A stretch of DNA of 56,972 nt, filler included, from Platydemus manokwari (lineage: Eukaryota), in the NCBI GenBank assembly GCA_037951405.1. It is 5 parts of 5 records of this genome, joined end to end, with 100 filler letters (N's around TTAATTAATTAA, not from the genome) between each part and the next. Parts side by side here need not be neighbours in the genome. Positions count along the whole stretch, not along the records: positions 1 to 9,140 come from JBBMOY011293873.1; positions 9,241 to 20,071 come from JBBMOY011102442.1; 3 more parts are not named here. One strand, 5' to 3'. Positions 1 through 12,910 of this stretch are shown here, piece by piece; positions within the stretch are counted from its first letter, which is position 1; the number at the start of each line of letters is the position of its first letter. The notes below the pieces were generated by a model. The model had not been told where the DNA came from. It made no database searches and saw only the letters and a program-made list of their open reading frames with translations. Both the position numbers and the translations under genes were made by a program.

Positions 1-123
1 GAAGGTAAATACGGCGAGGAAAGGAACTTGCCATCCTACTTCACAATGCTGTTGTCTGAAAACAATGAAGACTCTACCGCTTCACTCCACTACGGCGGAA
101 TTGCTAAGGGACAAACCTTTTAG
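1..123 (+). CDS. Possible 3' end of a terminal coding exon, unknown protein
   Basis: GC-richer than its surroundings; open frame from base 1 reads EGKYGEERNLPSYFTMLLSENNEDSTASLHYGGIAKGQTF* (TAG 121-123). No recognisable domain. Confidence 0.3.
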   Translation, partial: EGKYGEERNLPSYFTMLLSENNEDSTASLHYGGIAKGQTF

Positions 124-457
124 TGTGAAGATAACTGGTCTGGGGTCTGCATTATGAAGAGTCGACTTCTAAAATAAAAGTCAACGCAAAAATTTTGAAA
201 CCTAACATTGGGCAGTAGTTACGACAGTTTTCAGTTTCTGAAAGGCTTCCATGCATTCTGGTTACAACAGTTTTCCTATGATCTTCTTCTTCATTCTAAC
301 ATTTATTTTGTTGTAATTAGTTTAATAAATAACGTCACTCATCATTGTCAAATTTGCTGACAGTTATAGGCTAGTTTGTTTCATTTGATCATCCTTCTGT
401 TTGAATGAAACGATTCGTTTTTTGGATAAATCTTTATTTCGTTTTACATTTATGTAG

Positions 458-660
458 AAAAATTAAACAAGACATCAATTTCCAAATCCGAGCAAAATCT
501 GGCATTTTCTGAATCTTCGAAAAGAATTGTCGAAGCGCTTAGCAAATCCAGACCGACATTGGATCTTGGAAATGAAACAATTGCTGCTGCTTTTAGGTTC
601 GGTGTAAATAGGGTGACGGAAAATAATCAGTTTGTAATACTCAGCAAATCATCAACAAGG
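458..660 (+). CDS. Candidate internal coding exon, unknown protein
   Basis: Pyrimidine tract plus TAG acceptor (AG 456-457) and donor AGG|GTACGT at 661. Stop-free frame KLNKTSISKSEQNLAFSESSKRIVEALSKSRPTLDLGNETIAAAFRFGVNRVTENNQFVILSKSSTR. Confidence 0.5.
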
Positions 661-1910
661 GTACGTGTTGAAATCATTTTCATTAATATTGGGTTGTAAA
701 TTTTTATAAAACAAATTATACTCGAATTTTAATGTTTTCTGGTAAATTTTTGCAACAGAATGTATGGTGAAGCATTGTAGACATTATAAACCATTACCTT
801 AAGACTTATTTCAAACATTTTTTACAAACTATCACTGACCAATGTGCAATGAGATTTTCGATGAAATAAATTTTACAATCGAATAATTAATTACTTTATT
901 TTAATTGATAATTTCATTTGTTTTAATTTGAAGAATTTTTTAAATTAAATTATTAATTTTAATTATTTTTTTCTCGTATTTATTTTGTAAATCAATGTGA
1001 AATGGTGATTTTTTTTAATATATTTCAAGAGCACTTCACCTAGAAATATTGATAATTCAAAGAAGAAATACGAAACATTATTAAAACAAAGTAACAAAAT
1101 AATATCAACCAATTTTCAGAATTAATTGGATAATTTCATAGACGGCGTCAAATACATTAGCAATCAAAGTTTTTCAGAAATTGTCTTTCAATGAATACAT
1201 GTCTATTTCGAGATGATAGTTGTTAAATCGTTTAATATATGTCCTATTTGACACCAAAATCAAATGTGTTTTTAGTTTTATAAATGAAAATTAAAACATT
1301 CTTCCTCTATAGAAAATCTCAAGGATATCTTGATATAGTTTTTGAATCCATCACGGCTTACAGCCATTCAGATACCAACCTGATCGTCCACTATGCTTGA
1401 TCGATCTAACATTAATTTAGATTACCAACGAGAGGTAATAAAGTGATTTTTCTTATGCTTTTTCAATCGATAGTATCGTTTCCTATTTTTGATTTATTGA
1501 GCTAATTTTTAAATATCGACCATATCAGAACTAAATATTATTTGAATTCGTATGTAACATAATCATTTGAATAAGCTTTTCATTTCTTAAAAGACAAACA
1601 AGTACCCTACTACTGCCAAAACTGTAACACATTCAATGTCTCGGTTTTGGGAATATTGTTTCAGTTTCAGAAAGAAGTTAATTTTAGTTAAAATAAAAGA
1701 TTTGCAAAATCAAACGAGTGCATTTTGTTAACTGTATGTACATAATTACAGATACTAAAAATTAGATAATACATGCAGTAAATAAAGAAACGTATTCTCT
1801 AAACTGAATAACTAGTGATTTTATACGCTTTTAAGTATTGATTGCTTAACCAAATTTTATTAATATTTAATTTTATAGATGGTTTTTGTTATAACTAAAT
1901 AAAATCTTTA

Positions 1911-2189
1911 TTAATCTGTTGTGCTGGCCTTTTGTCCTTCTGGTTTCTCCAACTCATAGGATGGATACTCGACTGCCTCTAAAGTGCCTTTAACAAGATC
2001 ACAAAGCTGCGAATTTTGACGACTTTGGAACTTCTGCTTAGCTATGTTTCTTTGCAACGTACATGATTGCATAAGGCAGTCTTCTGTAAAACAAGGATTA
2101 TTCTCTATGAATTTAGGCACAGTCTTCATTGACTTCTCTGCATTCTCCAATGATTTCTGTTCACAATTTTCATTTTGAACAAGAATTCT
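1911..2189 (-). CDS. Candidate terminal coding exon, unknown protein
   Basis: ORF 1911..2150 extends in frame upstream (RILVQNENCEQKSLENAEK...) to a CAG acceptor at 2190-2192 on the minus strand; GC-richer than flanks; ends in TAA. Confidence 0.4.
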   Translation of the reverse strand, partial: RILVQNENCEQKSLENAEKSMKTVPKFIENNPCFTEDCLMQSCTLQRNIAKQKFQSRQNSQLCDLVKGTLEAVEYPSYELEKPEGQKASTTD

Positions 2190-3381
2190 CTGATTTATTT
2201 TCGGAATAAAAAATGGTGGTCAATAATATTTAAACAAAACACTTTAAACAAATTATCCGTTCTCCTAAAATTATAGTAAAAATATAATGAAGTTGTTCCA
2301 GTTTCAGGAAGTCGAGTTTGAGAATGTTTTTTTGTAATGAAATATAATAAAAATAATTAATAATCAATTTTTTGATGAAGGTTGTAAGGGTATATTGATT
2401 AAATAGTTGGTAATTTCAATGCTTGATTCACCGACTCAGGTGTCCTCTACAATTATCACAATAAGATTTGGATATCGGTGGATTTGAATTCATTTTGATT
2501 AACAAAGTGGCATCTTTTGTGATTACATACTGGTAACAAATAAGCATATTCAAGAAAGAGAACATCACTCACACAACAAATTAATATCAAATAATTTAAT
2601 TATATATTTATTAAAACTAATTATATTCTTGTTTATAAATAATTAATTATTTTTAAAATGGTTTATCAACATGATTTGGAGACCATCGAATTGATTGTGG
2701 GTTTATGGAAAATAATTAGATGATCCTAGAAACAATTAAATTAAAACACCAGATATTAATAACAAGAAATGATCGAAACATTTATTCGTGAATACTAAAT
2801 TGGTTCTGATCAGTCATTATTGAGAATATGAAAACTTCAAATTTATATATCCAACAATAAATTTTGTAAAATTAATTTTCTTGTTAGCTAAAACGAATTT
2901 CAAAGTCCATAGACTTGTGAAATCCAAGATAGTTTTAAAATCCCAGTACGACACTAATATTAGAGCAAAGATTATTAATTAGGGAAAATATACTGCTTAG
3001 CAAACCCATTCGACTTTCTAGACAAAGATCAAGTTCCAATATTATTGAAAAAAATTGACAAATCCTCACAATTCTCTACAATTTATTGAAATTTAAATTA
3101 ATTTATTTATTTTGAAAAATTCAGTGGAATTATATCGCTAATATATTTATTCAGATGTAAAGCGATTTTTTCATCGTTTTCAGGTGCATTTTATATCGAC
3201 AGATAACACAAACTAGTATCCGTACATCAAATAATTTAAATATTAAAAAAATATTAAATATTATTCCTGAATATTTTAAAAATTATTAACAATTGCATTA
3301 AATAATAAAAATATTTTATTTATTTTAAAATTTTCAATATATTTCTATTAGTAAATAGTTCGGTAAATACTTATTGTTTTA

Positions 3382-4089
3382 TTTGGTTGATGCATAAATT
3401 CGGGCGGTTTTATTTGTTGAAAAGAAAATACGCCAAGTTCTTGTTTCAACTGATTTGAATTAATCATTCGGCTGAATTATCTATTTTAAATCATTTTAGA
3501 CTAACTTTCACTTCATTACCCTCATTAAAATGGAGTGTCAGATAGATAAAAATGAACATTTCCGGCATATATTCTTTTTCTATTTTAATCAAAATTTAAA
3601 CGCTGCAGAAGTCTCCAGAATTTTTTGTTTAGTTTATGTGGAGAAGGTAGTCAGAGAACAAACAGCACACAAGTGGTTTTCGAAATTTAACAATGAAAAC
3701 TTTGACTTTTGGCAATGTTAGCTATTGAAGAGTTTGGCTGGAAAGTTCTTCCCCATCCCCCATATTCGTCAGATCTAACCCCAACAGATTTTAATCTTTT
3801 CGCTCCATGACGAAACGTCTTTCTGGTCTCACATTTGAAAACTTAGAAACAATAATATGATGGATTGAAAAGTTTTTCGACCAAAAATCACCAAGTTTCT
3901 TCAAATGTGGTGAATTGATCGATTGTGGCGGAGAAAGCCTCACCGATTGAGACTGAGATATTTGTTTTTCTAATAATTTCATAGATTCATATTGTTATCT
4001 GGAATTTTTTGCATTGGTTTTTATTCTTGATCAGTATGTATTTTTTATAATTGTAAAAATCACGTGAACTTATTCATGCACCAACCCAA
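3382..4089 (+). mobile_element. Mariner (Tc1/mariner) element, internally deleted, non-autonomous
   Basis: Imperfect TIRs: tttggttgatgcataaattc (3382-3401) versus the reverse complement of gaacttattcatgcaccaacccaa (~4066-4089), with TA on the left. Transposase N-terminal HTH region MECQIDKNEHFRHIFFFYFNQ...KWFSKF (3530-3721) is joined directly to the C-terminal PHPPYSSDLTPTDF (YSPDL motif, ~3750-3795). The middle of the catalytic domain is missing. Confidence 0.9.
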
Positions 4090-7062
4090 TGTATAACATT
4101 AATTCTTAATATATCCATAAGTTGTATATTGTATTGCTATGCTTAAAAGAATTTTTATAATATTTTAGATATATTACTCGAAAGTATTTAGGATTAAAAG
4201 CAAATTTATTTCCAAATATATTTTAAAAGACAAAACTCGATTAAACCGAAAACTTCAATGCGTTGAATTTTATCAGAAACATATTCTTGTTAACTTAAAT
4301 CACTTCTTTAGGAAAGCCGAATAACAAAAAGGGCTTATTTAAAAATATTTCTTTCGAAATTTAAAATAAGAAAGATTTTATGGAAATAATCTTAAATCAT
4401 ATACAATCGAACTCAATTAAAACCACCTCTTCATGATATCAATAATATAACTGCCACCGTGATGGAAAATCCAATCCCAATTTACTATAGATTGCTAGCA
4501 CACTGAGATAAGATGTTTATAAGTAATTCTAAATGATATGTTCTTCAAAACGTAAATCTGGTAAATTCTTTTTATACGAGATTCAATAAGCAATTTTCTT
4601 ATGCCTTAATTACATATTTTCTTGTACGTACTTAATTAGTTATTAAAAATCTGCTTACTGGTAAAAGATAACCAGAAATTTACGAAAGAAGTTCAACGGA
4701 TAGGATTTTCAATCTTTATACGGGGGAATTCTTTACTTGCATCATTTTCATGATGAAGATTCGATGATTTTTCATTAATGGCTCACAATTGTTTAATGAA
4801 ACACTGGATTTTAAGTATGGATTTTAACGAACTGCATATATATATGTGTGTGTGTGTGATTTCATATGTTCCTAAAAACACCTTTTACGTGCCTTAATAA
4901 GTAAACGTGGAACGTATTCAGTTTTTAATACATTTTAATTTATTTCCAGTATATTCGATTAAAATTATTAATTTTCTCTGAAACTAACTGATATTAACTG
5001 TTTTCCTATCTAAATTTGATTTTTTCTTATTTATGAGGTTTGTTTGAAACCACTATTAAAAGGGTTTAATCTAAATATCAATAAATGTTATTTATTTGAA
5101 GAATTTATAGATTTTCTTTTATTTTCTTATCGGATGGGAGGTTATTAATATTTACATGTAAAATAAATTGTCGATCAATACATGTACCAATTTTTAATGA
5201 TAATTTTATATATCAGTATCTCCATGTAGTTCTGAATTGATAGTAATGCTTCGGAGATCTTAAAAATATCAAAAAATTACACACCACGATGAAGGTAGAT
5301 TCAAAAAAAATAATTGAAATGACACATCTTGTTAGATCGATCTTACACGTTCATTCAATAAAATTTATCTAAACAAAATATTAACTAAAATAAAATTATC
5401 AGAAGAACCTAAATTGTTCAGTATTACAATTAATTACGCGGTAAGATGAATGCAAATCCTTAGATGTACACCAATTGTAGCCCTAGCTATAGATAATTAT
5501 TTAACGATAATAATACTCTCTCAAGATTTGTAAATATTATTGTGAATTACGAACAGTAATATCAGTTATTTGACTAATTTAAATAGGTGTTTCGATAATT
5601 ATCTGAACATTTTCCCCTTAGAAGTAAAGAAATATATCGATGATCATTTCGTGATGTTTTTTTGTAAATTTGGCTGATAATAATGTTTTTAATTAAAATT
5701 TCAAAGATTGCTTAAAACATTATTAATGTGATCATATGGAAAAATTTCCTAGCAAAAATCTTTTTGATGTGAATTATTTTTAATGATGAAAAACACGATG
5801 AGTCTGAACGAACCCGATCAATATTGAATTATTATTAATATTTCAGATTTTGTTTTCAAAAGAATCTTTGTCAGTGTGTTATTATTAATGAAGAAATTCA
5901 AATGCTATCCGAATCTCCATGATAGGATTTTAATGAAAATTTTAATCGATAATTTTTTCCATAGAATCAAGTTAAAAAATTACTATTACAATTTGATGCT
6001 GCTGTTTTTTTTCTAATAATCTGAACGATTTGCTTATATGAAACCAAAATACAATTGCAACAGATATTCAAGGTCAAGTAGTAAGTGGTAGCTAATGTGA
6101 ATGAAGTGACCTTTGATATGAATTGATTAACGAGGAAAATAATAGAATTGCATTGAGGAGCTGAAAGCTTTACGAAAAGAGCGGAAATTGAAATTGCTAA
6201 TTTTAATATCAAGACTGGTTATAAATTTTAAATAACGAGGAATTGTGTTGTGATGATCTCAGATGATTTCGGTTCTGTTTCAAGTATTTATGGATTAAGA
6301 TAATTTTAAAAAGTAACTCAAATTTAATCAAAAGATGGCTTTGAAATACTCTTATTTAAGAATAATTATCTTTATCGTCCATTGAATTCATCGCGAACAA
6401 CGTTTTATTCACGTTTTTTTCTGGGTATCCTTTTCATTCTTGATTTACTTTTGGTCTATAATAGTAGTTTTAATCGTCATTTTAGTTTTAAGATCATAAC
6501 AAAGTCTTTGAAAATAAATTTGTTGTTATGATAATTTTTCAAGATTAGATCAGACTTGAAATCAATTTATTATGAAGTTCGTTCAACTTGTTTCCATTTC
6601 TAAGCTCTTCCTTTATTCTAGACCCAAAACATCTTCCATGACAGGTTTTGGGTCCCAATGTAACATATTCTTTGCAATGATTGATACCAGTGACAGATAT
6701 TTTCATTACTGTGACACAAATTCCATTGAATTGCTGCAAATTTTCATTGACAATCAAAACTTGTTCTTTTGATAAATAATTGATTTTGATTTTGTTCTAA
6801 TTTAAAAATTATTTTCGTTTATAAATTTCCGGAAAATTGACAAGGTCAAAGGACTTTAAATTTCAAATATTAGTTCATTAAAACAAGACGTTCGTTAAAA
6901 GTTATTTGATATTTTTAAAAATCCAAAGTAATTACCAGTTAAACTACAACAGGCTGGTGTTGATTTATCATAATGTATCAGTATTTTAGAATTTGGGGAA
7001 AAAATTTCCATATTTTTTATTACGATTTAAACTATTTTCAGTTGTTTTCTTTTCATCTTTAG

Positions 7063-7356
7063 GTTGAAGCAGTTGACGAAGACGAAGATAGCGAGATCAC
7101 ATATCGCTCAACTGATTTCAGCAGTCAATTTTTCGCTGTGTCCAGCAAAGGGCAGATTTTTCTGAAGAAACAACTAGACTTTGAAACCACCACCCAACAC
7201 TTAATTGATGTTCAAGCTACTGATAACGAATTTATAGCCAATACCAAAGTAATTATTAATGTTATCGATGTCAATGATGAGGCGCCTCAATTCAATTTGA
7301 ATCCTTCGATCTGCAGAGTGGAAGAGGGACAAGAAGAGAATTTGATTATTGGCCAG
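7063..7356 (+). CDS. Internal exon of a cadherin-superfamily gene (one EC repeat)
   Basis: Acceptor tttcatctttAG (7061-7062), donor CAG|GT (7357), phase 0/0. Translation VEAVDEDEDSEITY...LDFE...VQATD...VIDVNDEAPQF...VEE carries the AxDxD, LDxE and DxNDxxP Ca2+-binding cadherin motifs. Confidence 0.9.
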
Positions 7357-9140
7357 GTGGTTTTGTTATCTTACATCAATTAAAGAGAACTGGTATTCAT
7401 AAAATTTTTTGAAATATAAATTATGATAAACTTTAATAATAACAAAATATTGTTTGCAATCATTTTGTTTTACGATTTTTTTTACAGAAGCTGAAACATC
7501 GTGTGCGTGTCTGCTTGTAAATTTCTGTAAAATTTGTCTAATATTTGTAGATATATTAATCAACATTGCTAATGATTTGAGACTCTGATGTGGCAAAAGT
7601 TTCTTTTATTATTTAACTACAAAATAATTGGCTTTCATTATGAGAAAATCAAAGACCGAACATTATCAGAGAAAAACACTAAAATAACATTATTAGCAGT
7701 AAAAATCAACAAAAATTATTGATAATATTAATATTATCAAGAAAAGCAAAATTCTTTGCCAACAAAGAGAAAATATTCATTTGAATTATAAATGGGAATA
7801 TTTTTACTAAAATTTAATATATTTATTTGCCAAAAATTTTCATCAATATATAAAACGGTTTTTCTCATTAAATCGAATATGTTTATGTGTATATATGTAT
7901 ATTACTGATAAAACCAGTAAAACCATACAACAGGACGATACCATATTAATCAGAGTTCGTTCTTATGTATATCATTAATTATAATTCATTTTATTTTTTC
8001 AAGAACCAATTAGTTGGTTTTGTATTAATCATAATATTAAAGATATCAATTAATTAGGATAAATCAGCTGCTAGGATGAGTTGTCTGTCGATTAGCAAGG
8101 ATTGTGAAATAACTGAGTTTGTAATTAAATTTGAAATTGGAATTATATTTATAGTCGAACTGACCCTAGATAAATGGGATTACTGCCTATTTTAAATTAT
8201 TTTTTTTATTATTAATATTTTCGATATTTCATTAGAGAAGTGGTCTTAAAAATTTAAATTTCAAAGCCGTATAAAACGATATGAGTAGATCGAGATTTTG
8301 TAATATTATTCTTATTAATTGAGTTTATGTCACGGGTTACTCTAACTCCCTTCTATAACAGTATGTGAACTATTATGAGCAATGATCTGAAATGATTTTT
8401 AGTACAGCACTGTGTCGAAGTTTTATCATTACCTCATTATCTATTTTGTTTAGATATTTTTTATTATAGGTGACTATAGCAAGTATTTATACAATCCAAT
8501 TAAAACAAACTCTAAAATAAAAGAATGGACAAATTATCAATACAATAAACGTGGTTTCATTAGAATATTAAGAATAGCTACAAACAAAGAGAAATATAGC
8601 AAAAAACACTTTTGAATACTCCGGTTCCAATGGCCACCGTGATATGTGAGCTGGAACTATGATGATTATCAAAATGAGAATCTTGACCGTTAATTTAGTT
8701 ATAACTGCTGTCGTTCAGATCAAGTCAAAATGCTTGCTTATTACTCGAATTATATATTAGATTTTAAGCGATCATCGATATTAAAAACATTACAATTATT
8801 TTCTCATTTTATGATTTATTTCTCGGTTTTTTCACATAATACTGATAATAATTTATTTGTACTTCTCATATTATTGGGGGTAATTTATTCCCCTATTACC
8901 ACTATATTATGTATTTAATTATCTTTTAAAAATATTTTTAGCATAACTGACTAAATATCCCCATTTACCATAAAATACTTATTAAATATTTATTCCCATT
9001 TCGTTTATGCTGATAAAAGATATACATTTCATAAAACATGTACTTGCCTAACATATATTGGATAACATCTTTATTTAACTGAAACATATTTATGTAATTA
9101 TCCTTAAATAAAATACATTTCATAAAAACCTATCTTCTAT

Positions 9141-9240
9141 NNNNNNNNNNNNNNNNNNNNNNNNNNNNNNNNNNNNNNNNNNNNTTAATTAATTAANNNN
9201 NNNNNNNNNNNNNNNNNNNNNNNNNNNNNNNNNNNNNNNN
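9141..9240. other. Artificial contig-joining spacer (N44-TTAATTAATTAA-N44)
   Basis: Exactly 100 nt; the 12-mer gives stops in all six frames; identical copies at three other positions. Confidence 0.95.
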
Positions 9241-9338
9241 AAGGATTATATAATATTTTTACTATTCTTACTTTACATTTATATCATTCAAAGTATATTT
9301 TATTTTATTGATGATTATTTATTAAAAATTTATTTTAG

Positions 9339-9389
9339 CCTCAAACGAGCAAGCTCTTGTATGGTGACAAGACAATCGGTGCTGAATAG
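9339..9389 (+). CDS. Possible short terminal exon
   Basis: tattttAG acceptor followed by PQTSKLLYGDKTIGAE*; GC-richer island. Confidence 0.25.
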   Translation, partial: PQTSKLLYGDKTIGAE

Positions 9390-10205
9390 TGTTCATTATA
9401 CTTATTTCTTTAAAATAACAACGATAGAGATGGCAATGATAAATTTGTATACATAAAAACCTGTGACACTGTGTTAGAATAGAATAAACTTTTATGTATT
9501 ATGAAATTATATTTTGAATTACTATATGTTCTAATAAAAACGTAACTACAAACGACAAATATAGCTAGAATATGGCCAATTATAAAACTCTTCATCTCAT
9601 TGGAGCAAAATCAGATTCAACCCCTTTGGTACATTAATTTCTAAATAAGAAATATAACGGCTGAATATTGCTATTTGATGATTTTAAATGTACGATAAGC
9701 TTACATAGACATATTATCTTATTGGTAAGTAACAAATAATAGATTTTGTATACCCTCGTGGTTGATAGGATATTTCATCTTATGGCGAATTGACAAACCT
9801 TCTATCCCTGGGATAATTGGAATAAATCACTTAAAATATTATTCTTCTCCTAGCAAAATGTTGAGAATGTTCGAGTGTTTAGGTCTCCCTTTTTTAGTAT
9901 TTTGAAAAATCAGTAATTATATTAGATTACCTAAGGAAATTTAGAATAAGTATTTATTTTATTAATGAAATATTATTTAACATTTTGTGCGTGAATATTT
10001 TATTTCGGTATGCATTTTCAAGCTTTTAATAAAAATTATCTATGATTTTTTTAGGAATTCTATTTACTATTTATCTGATTATTGCGTGACAACGATTTTT
10101 TACGTGTTGTATTAATAGTTCCTATATTTAGTATCAGGAATTCATTTTATAGAATCCTATGGGATTGAAGAGCTTTTTCGATTAATTATTTTATTTGGTC
10201 TAATA

Positions 10206-10382
10206 NNNNNNNNNNNNNNNNNNNNNNNNNNNNNNNNNNNNNNNNNNNNNNNNNNNNNNNNNNNNNNNNNNNNNNNNNNNNNNNNNNNNNNNNNNNNNNN
10301 NNNNNNNNNNNNNNNNNNNNNNNNNNNNNNNNNNNNNNNNNNNNNNNNNNNNNNNNNNNNNNNNNNNNNNNNNNNNNNNNNN
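10206..10382. other. Scaffold gap (N run without linker)
   Basis: Run of N lacking the TTAATTAATTAA core, unlike the four spacers. Confidence 0.9.
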
Positions 10383-10419
10383 TGAATTAAATTTTTAATT
10401 CTTATTTTATATAAAATCA

Positions 10420-10534
10420 TATTTATATAAAACTAACTCGATTTGTTTAAAAATTTGTATTTAAATAGATTTTTGGGGTCTTGACTTTTTAGTCCGTTTT
10501 TAATGTGCGGATTTTAAAATAGTAGCGCCTAACA
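10420..10534 (-). repeat. Dispersed short LTR-like repeat, copy 1 (other end unresolved near the N gap)
   Basis: Aligns with 24230-24338 (ttgtttaaa...gtcttgactttt..gt.cgtttttaatgtg...ttt.aaaatagtagcg..taaca); the reverse complement begins TGTTAGGCGCTAC. Confidence 0.65.
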
Positions 10535-10871
10535 ATTATCATTATTAATTCACGCCTGCTATTATTTTATTTCACCTTTGTCGTTCATTACATGGCAAAT
10601 TAACAGAATTTCTATTACAATACAATAAGCATGTAAGAGCACAAAAAGATCAATAATAACCAAAGGTGAATGATTTTTGTCAGATCCCAAACACTTCAAT
10701 GAAATAGATAACATTAAAATACGAATAAGATTATTCATAAATCGAAATAAGTCAAATAAGAGTATGCACATTAGAGTTAATGCACATAGCTTGCTCGTGA
10801 TTATATTAATGGATCGAATAATTATTATAAATTAGAGAGAGAAAAATTTGTCCTGAAAATTAAACAAAAAT

Positions 10872-10926
10872 CAACTTCAAGAGAACAGAAAGCAGCTTCA
10901 AGAGAACAGGAAACAGCTTCAAGAGT
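10872..10926 (+). repeat. 21-bp tandem repeat (about 2.6 units)
   Basis: ca(a/g)cttcaagagaacag(a/g)aa(g/a) repeated; one frame reads QLQENRK-QLQENRK-QLQE. Confidence 0.75.
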
Positions 10927-11038
10927 TAATTAAAGAAAAACAATATCTATATATTGTTTAAAAATATAAACAACACCTGTAAAATTAAAAAAACGAAATT
11001 TAAAATTTTTTTCAAATAATTTATCATTCTATATAGAT

Positions 11039-11206
11039 TGTAAATCGCTACATTTTGAAAACCACGCATTGAAAACGAACTGAAAATGACGACATCAAAT
11101 TATTTCTAAATGCCATTATTTAAACAACCTGATTTGATTTTATACAAAAATAATTTTATAGAAAATTAAATCTATAGGAATTTCAAATCAACTTAAAATG
11201 CTCACA
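11039..11206 (+). mobile_element. Solo-LTR-like element (168 bp, TG...CA) with near-perfect 5-bp target-site duplication
   Basis: Starts TGTAAATCGCTAC, ends AATGCTCACA; flanks TAGAT (11034-11038) and TAGGT (11207-11211). Homologous to copies at 10420-10534, 11680, 19926 and 24137-24338. Confidence 0.65.
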
Positions 11207-11679
11207 TAGGTTACTTAAAATATATATATGTACTAAATATTCTACTAAAATTACAAACGGGTAAACTGAAAACTTATTCCTTTAATTCATTTAAGAATCA
11301 TTCAATAATCGAGTTAGAAATTATTTAGTCGAGCAGTGAACAGTACAAGTTCTTGGTGGGAAAGTTGCAATTAATACATAATGTTTCACTAAAGTTGAAG
11401 GAATTTTGTTTCCAATAAGTACTTACGATGATTTCGAGATCTGAATCACGAAATGAGAAAATTTAATTTTCAACGAAATTATGACATTATGAGAGCACGT
11501 AAATTTATGTGGAAATTAATAATAATTTATGATGCTATTCCATATATTTGACGGAGAAATTAATTACGTTTCCTTCGAAGAATCAATTTTAATTTATCTA
11601 TGATGTTTCTTGTGGGAATTTATAGATTTCATTATATCAAAGTCCACTTGCACTCTTCATATTTTAAACTTTTGAGGAT

Positions 11680-11815
11680 TGTAACCTGCTATGATTTTAA
11701 AAAACACGCTCGTAAAATAACTGAAAGGACACGACATCAAGTTATATATTAAAATACAATTATTATCAGATTACATCGAATATATGCGTCGATTATTTAC
11801 TAACTATAAATCACA
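11680..11815 (+). repeat. Diverged copy of the same LTR-like repeat
   Basis: tgtaacctgctatgattttaaaaaacacgc...aactgaaaggacacgacatcaag parallels 11039-11100; ends ...atcaca. Confidence 0.5.
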
Positions 11816-12599
11816 GTTATCAACTCCATTCCAAACCCACAAATGAACAGTCAGCATCTTCTTTATTGCCTTTTGTTTCCATAAAAGCCAATCCTTGGAA
11901 ATAATAATCAATACTGACATTCTACTGACATTGGATATATTTTTTTAATCTACTAATTATTTTTCAAAAATAACTGCTACATCCTCTGGTTATTATATAC
12001 AGAGCAATAATCAAAGTATATTTAAGCTATTCTAAAAAATAATGGTTCTTCTGAATAAATAGAGGCCCGATAATGGATTCGACTAAGTGGGATGAATGAT
12101 GTTTCTTTTTAATTTTACATTAAATACATTTCATATGAAATAATTCTTATAATTTGCATCTCGTAAAATAGGAATAACAAAGCTTTATTTGCAATGAATC
12201 TGCTGATAAACTGAAATAGTTTTCCTTTTACTTTTTCTTCTGATTTCCTTGTCTCATCTGTTCTGAAAAATAATGATTAAATAAGTGTTACATTTTCTCA
12301 TGTCGAATGCTACCTTTGTATCGAATCAGTTATTTTATTTAATTAATATATTTAAAAATTGATTAAATACAACGATATTGTTAAAATCAATATTATAATA
12401 ATCATTTATTGCCCAATAAAATAACAGGAAAAATGAATATATAAGTTCCTATTAGTAATGACCGCCTTATTTTTTTGAATTTTCTATTAGGATGAAAGAA
12501 CCATGCTATTGTAATTTATTTTAGATAAAGAGAATCCTTTCAAAATTAAGTAAGAAATGGTAGATCAAAAAATCTTCCTAGATCAATGATTCAGTTTTT

Positions 12600-12910
12600 T
12601 AGAGTCTTTCCTTCTACATTACAATAAGTATAGTTTTTAGGCTTTAGTCTGCCCTAAATGCCTTTTTGCAGTTTCGAATTTCACAATCTATTTACCCAAA
12701 TGCTTAACTTTTTGAAGACTTTTAACTTTAAAATCTGGAATTTTAAACTTCGAACATCGTCCGACTTTATGATTGATACCAAGATACATGGGATACCTTA
12801 ATTGAAAATAAATGTTCAGTTAACACCACCTATAACATCCAATAGCATCTACTCTTGACATTGACTACAATTACTGCCACGCTGCTTCTTTTTAACAAAA
12901 GCTTGTTCCT
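12600..12910 (-). mobile_element. Highly degraded retrotransposon (gypsy-like) scrap
   Basis: Minus-strand fragment KVKHLGK*IV resembles the RT 'VxYLGH' motif; otherwise broken. Confidence 0.25.

Noticed and set aside
6621-6654. Perfect 10-bp hairpin GACCCAAAAC...GTTTTGGGTC
   Set aside because: About one such stem is expected by chance in 57 kb; no other RNA-gene features.
10157-10420. ORF spanning the N gap, and the many 60-100 aa Ile/Phe/Leu-rich ORFs in the track
   Set aside because: Artefacts of Ns, AT-rich composition, or antisense shadows of transposon ORFs.
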